A stretch of 64,000 nt of DNA from the human T2T-CHM13v2.0 reference genome, Homo sapiens. The stretch is taken from the NCBI RefSeq assembly GCF_009914755.1, contig NC_060929.1. The stretch is one strand, 5' to 3'. Positions 48,207 through 64,000 of this stretch are shown here, in pieces. The first letter of the stretch is position 1. Every line of letters starts with the position of its first letter. The notes under the pieces are model-generated. The model made no database searches. It was not told where the DNA came from and saw only the letters and a program-made list of their open reading frames with translations. Position numbers and translations under genes: made by a program.

Positions 48207-48478
48207 AGGTATGGCTCTCTCATCCAGGTTAGAGTGCAGCGGCACAATCACAGCTCACTGCATCCTCAATCTCCCAGCCTCAACAATCCTCCCACCTCAG
48301 CCTCCTGCAGAGCTGGAACTACAGGCACACACCACCACACCCAGCTACTTTTAAATTATTATTTGTTGCAGAAACAAGGTCTCACTATGTTGCCCAGACT
48401 GGTCTCAAGTTCCAGTGATCCTCCTGCCTTGGCCTCCCAAAGTGCTGAGATTACAGGGTGAGCCACCGTGCCCAGCCA
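47982..48478 (-). mobile_element. AluJ with a (TTCC)n(TTTC)n expanded tail (47982-48206)
   Basis: Seen directly; CAAGGGTT(T/C)CC on both flanks. Confidence 0.9.
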
Positions 48479-48544
48479 AGGGTTCCTTGTTCTTCACACC
48501 CTCACCAACAACTATTTTTTTTTTTGTCTCTTTGATAATAGCTA

Positions 48545-48836
48545 TTTTTTTTTTAGACCGAGTTTCACTCTTGTTGCCCAGGCTGGAGCACAATGGCATG
48601 ATCTTGGCTCACTGCAACGTCTGCCTCTGAGGTTCAAGTGATTCTCCTGCCTCAGCCTCCCTAGTAGCTGGGATTACAGGCACCTGCCACCACACCCGGC
48701 TAATTTTTGTATTTTTAGTAGAGACGGGGTTTCTCCATGTTGGTCAGGCTGATCTCAAACTCCCAACCTCAGGTGATCTGCCCAGCTCAGCCTCCCAAAG
48801 TGCTGGGATTACAGGTGTGAGCCACCGCACCTGGCC
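48545..48836 (-). mobile_element. AluSp/Sq-like
   Basis: TSD TGATAATAG(C/T)TATT. Confidence 0.93.
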
Positions 48837-49218
48837 TGATAATAGTTATTCTAACAGGTATGAGGTGATAGCTTATTGTGGTTTTGATTTGCATTTTCCT
48901 GATGATAGTTGACGTTGAGCACCTCTTCATATACTTGTTGGTCATTTGTATGTCTTCTTTGGAAAAATGTCTATTCATTTCTTTTGCCCATTTTTCAATC
49001 AGGTTATTTGATTTTTTGTGGTTAAGTTGTAGGAGTTCTGTATGTATTTTGGTGATTAACACCTTATCCAAAATATTTTTAGTTTGCAAATTTTTTTTCC
49101 AGTCCATAGGTTACTTTTTCATTTTGTTGGTTGTTTTCTTTGCTGTGCAGAGACTTTTTAGTTTGATGTAATTCCACTTGTTTATTTTTACTTTTGTTAC
49201 CAGAGCTCTTGGTGTTAA

Positions 49219-49627
49219 AGTAGTCCCTCTTTATCTGTTGTTTCTCTTTTCATTCAGTTACCCATGGTCCACCGGGGTCCAACCATATTAAATGGAAAAT
49301 TCCAGAGATGCGCAATTCATAAGTTTTAAATTGTATACTATTCTGAGTAGCATAATGAAATCTCATGTTGTCCCACCCAGGCCATAAATCATCCCTTTGT
49401 CCAACCGATTCACACTGTCTGTGTGACCCACCCAAAAGTCATTTCGTAGCCTTCTCAGTTATTAGATCTACTGTGGTATCAGAATGCTTGTGTTCAAGTC
49501 ACCCTTATTTTACTTAAAAATGGACCAAAGCACAAGAGGAGTGATGTTGCCAATTCAGATATGCCAAAGAGCAAAAATAAAGTATTTCCTTAAGTGAAAA
49601 GGTGAAAGTTCTCAACCTAATAAGGAA

Positions 49628-49662
<35 letters not shown>

Positions 49663-50418
49663 TATGCTGAGGTTGCTAAGATCTATAGTTGGAACAAACA
49701 GCAGCTTGGCGGGAATCACATCTCAAACTCCAAAAGTTACATCCAATGTGTGATAAGTGCTTAACTAAGATAGAAAAGGCATTAAATTTATCCGTGAAAT
49801 ACATAAACAGAAATGTGTTCCTGTTTATGGCAATTGGGTTTGGTACTATCCATGGTTTCAGGCATCCACTGGTGAAAGGAGTTAGCTAGCTTACTTTAGG
49901 AAGATAGTAAGGGAAGGGCCCCCAGAGACTCTCCAACCTGCCCCACAAGTGTTTATACCAGATGTTTTATGCAGATAAGGGAAGCTGCACAAGGGGCTTG
50001 CCTAAACATGTCCACAGTGGAAAATTCCATTCCTTAACAAACATACAGTAAGGGGAAATACATCAATATGGAGTGGCTCAGATTAAAACCCCCCATGCAC
50101 ACTGGAAGGACAAGGTGGAGCCACCAGGAATTCATGCCTTATACAAATAGGGAACCCAGCCCCATGAGCTTGGATAAAAAAAGCTCTTGTATTCAACTGT
50201 GAAGGGGGGCAACTAGAAACCTGCTTTCAGGACCCTGTTCTTTACTGAGAATTTTCCTTTTGGTTAATAAATTCTACTCCACTCACTCTTCAATGTCCGC
50301 ATGCCCAATTTTTCCTGGTCATGAGAAAAGAACCTGGGTTTAGCTGAGCTAAGGAGCAGAAAAATCCTACATTACTAGGAGTCTTGGAACATCTTCCACA
50401 GATGAGTGGGGACTACTT
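49219..50418. mobile_element. MER44/Tigger7 element
   Basis: TIRs AGTAGTCCCTCTTTATCTG ... CAGATGAGTGGGGACTACT. Confidence 0.85.
49873..50373 (+). mobile_element. ERV solo LTR (~500 bp, family uncertain) inside MER44
   Basis: Starts TGAAAGGAGTTAG, has AATAAA at ~50266, and ACTGG/ACTAG 5-bp TSD-like flanks split the MER44 sequence. Confidence 0.75.
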
Positions 50419-50883
50419 TATATCCAAGAAATCATTGCCAGTGACAGTGTCAAGGAGCTTTTCCTCTGTGTTTTCTTCTAGGAGTTTTACAGCTTCAGTA
50501 TTGACCTTTAATTTCAAACCTCATAGAAAATTTTCTAGATCGAGATAGAATAATGGACTTGAATCTCCAGCAGAGCCAAACACTGAAAGTTTGGGAATAT
50601 AGACACATAGTATATGTATGCTACAGATTTTTCCTGTTTCTCCCAAAAGAGATCAACCAAAGAAAACTCTATCTGTAGATTTATTTTCTTCTAATTGAGA
50701 AATTACTACTAATGTATTCTGTGGCATGCAACTATATTAAAATTTTTATTATTCACTTTAGATAATAACTATATCTTTCTCATAGTCAACAACCAATATG
50801 ATTTTTACCTGCTTTAATTCTATGTTAATAACCAATTCTCTGAAAATTATAGCCTCAGATGCAATTACAAAAATGTTGAGACA

Positions 50884-51189
<306 letters not shown>

Positions 51190-51515
51190 CTAGTTTTCAA
51201 TGCTTTTAAACATGGAACTAATTGACGAAAATCTTTTAATTTACATATACACTATAATGTAGTTTTTTTAATAGCTCAATTTTATTCATTTATTGTACAT
51301 GATAGCTATAACAGCCTTAACATAAATTGAAATAAAAGAAAATTTCACCCGTAATTCTAATATCACCATAAATCAAACTGTTCTCAGTTTTAATTATACT
51401 GTAGACAAAATTCGATTTTCTACTTTTTAAATTAATGTTATTTTAGCCTGTGCTCTTTTATAAACTAGAAAAAAGTTTCATGTTTTTCATTTTCCTGTTT
51501 AGTTCAAGTTAACTG

Positions 51516-52076
51516 TGTTATAAATAAATTTTTGGTGCCACCAAAGAAATAGCACTCAAAGATAAATTTAATTTTCTCAGCAAGGCAATTTTTACTTCTA
51601 TAGAAGGGTGCGACTTGAGGATGGAGCAACGGTGAGAGCACACGTGAACAAGGGAGGGGAAGGGGTTCTTATTCCTGATGCAGGTAGCCCCTGCTGCTGT
51701 GTCATTTCCCCATTGGCTAGGGTTGGACTGCACAGTCTAGGCTAATCCCAACTGGCTATTTTAAAGAGAGCAGGGGTATAAGCCAGAGTGGTGGGGTGAG
51801 CAGTTTGGAGGGAAAGACGGTTACAGAACAGGTAACTAAAGGTGACTTAAATCATAGCAGGTGACCAGGGGTGACTCAGGTCAAAGCAGGTGACCAGGAT
51901 GAGTCAGGACAGAGCAGGTGACCCGGGGAACAGATGTGAACTGCTGATTAAAACTGGTGGAAAAGGTTGTTTACTGAAACTATGAGGAAGTTAAACTTTA
52001 AAATGGAGGACAAAGAACTGAACATAGTGACATACTGCTTCTTTGAAGAGAAATTTAGAACTCACAGTATCTAACA
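51516..52076 (-). mobile_element. LTR10 (A/F-like, HERV-IP10) solo LTR
   Basis: Minus strand starts TGTTAGATACTGTGAGTTCTAAATTTCTCTTCAAAG and ends TTTATAACA; internal 28-29 bp repeats carry AP-1 motifs. Confidence 0.85.
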
Positions 52077-53019
52077 CCTGAAGGATTCCCAACAAATGCT
52101 AAAAACTATGCATTCTCTTTTACCCCAGTGTAAAAATTGTTCTAAGTGCATTCACCTGTATGAAAAAATATGAAATAAAACATATCAAATATAAACTAAA
52201 ATGAATAAGTGACTATATTTATCTCATGTAAACTCTAGAAACAATATGTATATTCTAAGTTGTAGAGTGCTCTCATAATGTATCCTTGTATCTTCTATTC
52301 AATTATTGAATATAAATAACATTTATTTAACATTATAGAAGGCACTAGGATTTGAACCCTGGCAATCTAACTCCAGAGCTTATCTTCTTAATGTCTCAGG
52401 TACCTGAGTGTCTGTCACCTGTTTTTAGGAACTGGGTTCTTAGAGGGGGTCTGTAGGATCATGATCTGCTTTAATCAGATAGCTCTGTAGACAAGGAGGA
52501 AGGGTCAGAACTTTGGGGAGTGTGAGTATGGGTCAAGCCTAAGAAACCAAGGTGACCAAGATGACTAAAAAGCTTCCGTATTGAATCCTGGACAATGCAA
52601 TCCTTTCTTTATAAGGTGTCCTAAACTAGTTTTCCTACAGAGTGAGAAGAACAAATGTGAGTGTGAAGCCACCCAATCAGAAAGTCTTTGGAGAGAGCAA
52701 TGGATTAATGCATCTGGATTAATGCATCAGAGTAAGGAGTGAAGGAACCGTCCTTGAATACAAGCTCTGATTGATCAGTGAAGACAAAATCAGCCCCTCC
52801 ACAATAAAAGACAGCAAATGGTGGCATTGAGAGAATGAGAGTTGAAGTCTCAATCAAATGGTGAATCATTGTTTTCCACTTATTGTGTTTTATTTTTTCT
52901 AGAGACAAGGCCTCACTATGTTGCCCAGGCTGATCTCAAACTCCTGGCCTCAAGTGATCTTCCCACCTCAGCCTCCCAAGGTGCTGAGATTACAGGTGTG
53001 AGCCACTGTACCTGACCTA

Positions 53020-53432
53020 GACAAAGGAGTTTCTATATCATTTTAACAAAGGATGATAAATTGTAGAGAAGTGACTAGATAAAGGAAAGGAAGTTTTGGC
53101 TTCTAGGGGTGGAAAATTGTGGAAAAGTGACTAGGCAATATATGGGGGAAACTAATGAAAGATAAGAGTTATTTGAGTAAGGTTTGTTTCTGCAAACTTA
53201 TCTCAGTGTTAGTTCTCTGTTTGATGATAAAGGTTTTTCTCTTCATCCTGGTACAGGAATGCTGGGGGAGATTTATGCCAGCTTCGCAAAAGAAAATGTA
53301 TGCCCTGCTTTTAGGCAGATGGAGGAAGGGCAGAGTCTCTTCCTGCATCTGTTATTTCTCAATTGCTTTCAGCTCAAAATAATACCTATGCTAAAGTGGC
53401 ATATTTGGGGGTGATATATTCTGGACCCCTTC
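53020..53432 (-). mobile_element. MER34-family LTR (partial), preceded by an Alu monomer at 52885-53017
   Basis: Minus strand TGAAGGGGTCCAGAATATATCACCCCCAAATATGCCACTTTAGCATAGG. Confidence 0.7.
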
Positions 53433-53800
53433 ATCTACAAAATAGATGGTATCCCAGACTACATTGTAGGGTTATTTTCAGGGTTAAATGAGTTAATGTA
53501 TGTAAAATACTTGGAATAGTGCCTACCAAGTGTTAGCTATTATTATTTCTTCTCAAATATTGTCACTAATTGTTGGTCATTCTTCATTATTGTCATAATC
53601 CCTCCCCAGAGGTTTACCTTGTGATAATGAAATATCTGCAGCCTCTTGCACATTATCAGAGGTTGCTCTTAACCCCCAGCTTTGGGTTGTGCTGACCAGT
53701 GGATCAAGGTCTTTAGCTGGTCAGTCAAATCCAATTTCATTTTGTCTCCTCCTTTCTCTCTAGCTTTGTGGTTTTCCAAAGTTTTCATCTTGTTGAGTAG

Positions 53801-54183
<383 letters not shown>

Positions 54184-55261
54184 CCACCAGTCTTTTTATA
54201 TTTGTTACCTGTCTTGTTTTTCCTAACTTCTTTTTGACACCGTCTTAGGCATTATAATAGTATTTTCTAAAGGCTCCTCAAGTGTAGCCAGGGTTGACAA
54301 CCTGTGAAAGAAACTGACTCTTACACATGCATAAATTGGAATGCGGATTCAAGTGTTTCATGAAAATAATTATCTCTGATGAAAATAGAAGAATCATTAA
54401 GAACCATTAAGCTCTGACATTGGTCGTTGATGAAAGCAATCAACTTTCTTCCCCAGAAAATACTTAAAGAGAATTAGATTTACAACTATTTAGGAATCTA
54501 AGTAGTAAAGATACAGTTAGAGAGTCTAAAGCTAGGAGGAAGGTCTAAATGGTCAGTGGTCTTTGATGAAGCTAACATATTTTTTAACTTTTCGCTGAGA
54601 TATAACATTGATGTAACATTGATGCAGCTTGATGTATTTGTTTGCTTTTGAGATAGGTGTTTCACTATGTCGTTCAGGCTGGCTCAAGCTCCTGGGCTCA
54701 AGCAATTCTTTCACCTCAGCCTCCCAAGTAGCTGGGACTACAGTCATGCACCACCACGTCCAGTCTAATTTTAAAGACTGATGTCAGTCTGGATGAGAAA
54801 TATCTGCATCCAATGTAATGTTTCTGTATGCATTCCTCACCTGCTTATTCCTATCAAGAAATAAAGGAACATTTTCTCTGGACTTTATTTCTCTTAGGCT
54901 TGACCTGACCTGGGATGGAAAGAATGGGAGGAATTTAGGGAATCTCTGTCAGAGTACAGGGAAGAGAAAGAGGGAGGAAAGGAGGGGTCACTGAGGGTAG
55001 GAGTGCCTAGGTCTTCCTCAATAGCAGAAGTGGAGCCAGAAGGACACACAAGTTGAGGGAGGTGCTTGCTGGGTGGGATCATATAGAATTTTCCTTGAGA
55101 GGCTTCCATCAGCACACTCATATCTCAGAAGGAAGAGCTGTCTGCCTTATCTTGCAAAAAACTTTGGTCATGAATGTAAGTAACTAGAAAATATACTTTC
55201 AAGTTATGTTATGTTAAAACAATGAATAGGTCTCTGAGAAGGAAATATAATAATTGGTGCG

Positions 55262-55571
55262 GGCCGGATGCAGTGGCTCACACCTGTAATCCCAGCACTT
55301 TGGGAGGCCGAGGTGGGCAGATCACCTGAGGTCAGGAGTTCAAGAACAACCTGACTAACATGGTGAAACCCTGTCTCTACTAAAAATACAAAAAATTAGC
55401 CGGGTGTGGTGGCACACGCCTGTAATCCCAGATACTCAGGAGGCTGAGGCAAGAGAATTGCTTGAACCTGGGAGTCGGAGGTTGCAGTGAGTCAAGATTG
55501 CACCACTGTACCCCAGCCTGGGCAATAGAGCAAGATTCCATCTCAAAAATAAATAAATAAATAAATAAATA
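55262..55571 (+). mobile_element. AluS with (TAAA)n tail
   Basis: Dimer seen directly. Confidence 0.93.
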
Positions 55572-55589
55572 GTGTGTGAGAGACATGGC

Positions 55590-55802
55590 GAAGAGAGGAG
55601 GGAGAGAGAGGCAAGGAGAGAGAGAGAAAAGAAGGAGGAGGAGGAGAAGCAGGAGAAGGAGAAGGAGGAGAAGCAGGAGAAGGAGGAGGAGAGGCAGGAG
55701 AAGGAGGAGGAGGAGAAGCAGGAGAAGGAGGAGGAGGAGAAGCAGGAGAAGGAGGAGAAGGAGAAGCAGGAGAAGGAGGAGGAGGACGAGGAGGAGGAGG
55801 AA
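55590..55802 (+). repeat. GA-rich low-complexity minisatellite (GAGAAGCAGGAGAAGGAGGAG units)
   Basis: Seen directly; about seven 21-24 bp units. Confidence 0.9.
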
Positions 55803-56387
55803 TCCTTTAGGAACTCTACCAGAAAAAAATACTAATGAAATGAAAGACCAAATTCAGTGTCATCTATACTACAACATGTTGGAGCATAAAATACATCATT
55901 ATCAGTCCCTAGATATTTTTACACAATGAATAACTCATCTAAGGCCATGCATATTAAATAGAAAAGGCTTAAGTTGAAGCACTGAAGTAATTTAGAATGA
56001 ACATAAACAGCTTCTGATACTAGGTGCACTGAGTGTGACGTGTTTTGGGAACACAGCGATCTTTGTTTTTGACAAGTACTACATCTGAGATGACATCTGA
56101 ATAATTAATATGTTTAGCCCAGATGATATATTTTCAAAAGTAATGTGCTACTCTGGATACAGATTTTCAAATTACAATCAGCACTTCTTGTTGCCACCTC
56201 CCATTATGTGTCTTTCATCACCTGTTTAGCCAGCTGTGCTGCTATGTAGGCAAAATCAAACATTAAACAGATGTTCCTTGAACTGAAAGTAGGAGGTGTT
56301 TTCAAACATGGCTAGCTACATTGATTAGGGATGAAATATATCAACTGGAAAGCAGATTAATTTACCTATTAAGAATAACAGATTGTG

Positions 56388-57246
<859 letters not shown>

Positions 57247-57406
57247 GATGATTAAATGAGATTGTCCATATACCCTTAAGAGTATATCTGGCACAGAGTA
57301 AATGGTCAATCTATTTTAGCTATTTATTATTTCACTTTTATCAAATTGCATACTTAAGAGCTTTGGAAAGTAAAGAAATGGTTTAAAGTAAGGAGGTTGG
57401 TTTGGT

Positions 57407-57800
57407 GCACTGGTTTTCAAACTATGTTCTCACAAAGAGCTGCTTCCAAGGCTGTGGCTTGGTGGCAAAAAAGAGGCTGTATGTGGAGCTTTAAAACCCT
57501 CACTTCATTTTAAAGCACAGCAGTTCATTTTGTATGCTCTATATATTGAGGTTCTGTGTGAGTCTTGCCACAGGCCGGCGGTCAGAGCCTGGGACCGTGC
57601 CAATCATGCCCCCTCCACACTCCCTGCACCACTGGCCTTGCCGCTGTCTCAGTACACCTCCCACCTGGACTTCAAGAGAGCATTGGACAGAGCTCCCGAA
57701 ACCAACAATGAGGATGACAAACCGAGGAGGGTGTGCCCATGCCCAAGAACTACCTGTGGCTACCATTGTCTATATAAAATTCTAATTTTAAAAAAAGTAT
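57407..57800 (+). mobile_element. MER112-like hAT-Charlie MITE split by the TMEM233 fragment
   Basis: CACTGGTTTTCAAACTATGTTC...CTATATATTGAGGTTCTGTGTGAG, then AT-rich TAAAATTCTAATTTTAAAAAAAG. Confidence 0.55.
57563..57771 (+). pseudogene. TMEM233: Fragment of TMEM233 (dispanin family): putative 5' UTR plus first ~43 codons; ATG lost, two frameshifts
   Basis: Reads [25 protein letters not shown] / [14 protein letters not shown] / TIV, versus recalled TMEM233 [43 protein letters not shown]. Confidence 0.85.
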
Positions 57801-57806
57801 TACATA

Positions 57807-58398
<592 letters not shown>

Positions 58399-58449
58399 AG
58401 TATTACTATTATTAAAATAATTGACAACGAGTAGAGCATCTGATTACAA

Positions 58450-58990
58450 ATGTGTACACTACATGATAAAACTCTTTAAAAGCTAGGGATAATAGAAAAC
58501 TTACATAATATGATAAATAGCACCTACAAAAGATCTGCAGTAACCATATACTTAACAGTGAAATGTTGAGATTTCCCTTGAATAATAAAAGGATATCTGC
58601 TTTTCATTCAATATGGTACTAGCCGTGCAATAAAGCAAAAAATCGAAAATTGATTAAAGATTGGAAATAAAACAATGAAAGTGTCATTAACTTCACGTAA
58701 TATGCTTTTAAACCTAAAAATCCAAAATAAGCTATGGATAAATCATTAGATTTAATGAGTTATTTAAACTTGATGGATTGCAAAGTCAATTTTAGTTGTT
58801 TATACCAGCAACAAATAGAAAATAAGCATTTAAAAAGACACCATTTTGATAATTTCAAAAACATCAAATATATGGTAATGAATCCAATAAGTATATATTA
58901 TTGAAATAAATTAAAGACAACCTAAATAAATAGGGGGATATAACATGTTCTTTGTTTGGAAGACTCAATGTTAAAAGGATGTCAATTTTT
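58450..58990 (+). mobile_element. Old L1 ORF2 fragment
   Basis: Degraded RT-region L1 sequence (TTAAAGACAACCTAAATAAATAG...GGAAGACTCAATGTT). Confidence 0.65.
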
Positions 58991-59282
58991 GGCTTGGCAT
59001 GGTTGCTCATGCCTGTAATCCCAGCACTTTAGGAGGCCAAGTAGGGTGGATCACTTGAGGCCAAGAGTTCGAGACCAGCCTGGCCAACATGGCAAAACCT
59101 GTCTCTACTAAAAATGCAAAAAATTAGCTGGGTGTGGTGGCCCACACCCATAATCCCAGCTACTCGGGAGGCTGAGGCACGATAATCACTTGAGCCCAGG
59201 AGGCAGAGGTTGCAGTGAGTCGAGATCATGCCACTGCACTCCAGCCAGGAATCTGTCTCAAAAAAAAAAAAAAAAAAAAAAA
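58991..59282 (+). mobile_element. Alu (Sz/Jb-like)
   Basis: Dimer with A tail; AAAAG..G.CAATTTTT-like TSD. Confidence 0.92.
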
Positions 59283-59297
59283 GCTGTACAATTTTTC

Positions 59298-63874
<4,577 letters not shown>

Positions 63875-64000
63875 TTTTTTTTAACTGTCCAAAGTATTTG
63901 ATAATTGTTTATTTATCAAAGGAAACTATTTCTTAGCCCACATATTCATATTTCATAGTTCAGGAACACAGGTCAATGACAAACTTCTAGGTAATACAAC
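63875..64000 (-). pseudogene. COX6C: COX6C processed pseudogene, 3' UTR and poly(A) remnant; continues beyond the right edge
   Basis: Minus strand TTACCTAGAAGTTTGTCATTGACCTGTGTTCCTGAACTATG...ATGTGGGCTAAGAAATAG...GATAAATAAACAATT.CAAATACTTTGGACAGT plus an A tail matches the recalled COX6C 3' UTR. AATAAA at 63908-63913. Confidence 0.8.

Noticed and set aside
51856-51925. Regularly spaced short repeats as a CRISPR-like array (also 4135-4205)
   Set aside because: Eukaryotic LTR-internal tandem repeats with no unique spacers or cas genes.

Overview
This is primate (human-like) non-coding genomic DNA, mostly transposon-derived, with no intact protein-coding gene visible. The ORF track is almost entirely Alu, L1, ERV and simple-repeat artefact. 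Positions 1-4762 hold a minus-strand HERV-H provirus: 5' LTR7B-type LTR, a Phe-like PBS, and decayed gag/pro/pol with deletions in RT and integrase. It is inserted into an old L1. The rest is old L1s, about 40 Alus, MaLR/ERV solo LTRs (THE1, MST, MLT1, MLT2, MER21, MER39, MER34, LTR10), Tigger/hAT DNA transposons and simple repeats. The most notable items are a ~210 bp copy of the 5' end of TMEM233 lacking a poly(A) tail and TSD inside a hAT element (57.56-57.77 kb), a COX6C retrocopy 3' UTR at the right edge, two tandem duplications that begin inside Alus, and an LTR10 with AP-1-bearing repeat units. All family and gene names come from recalled consensus sequences, not searches, and boundaries are approximate. 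I found no convincing novel multi-gene system.
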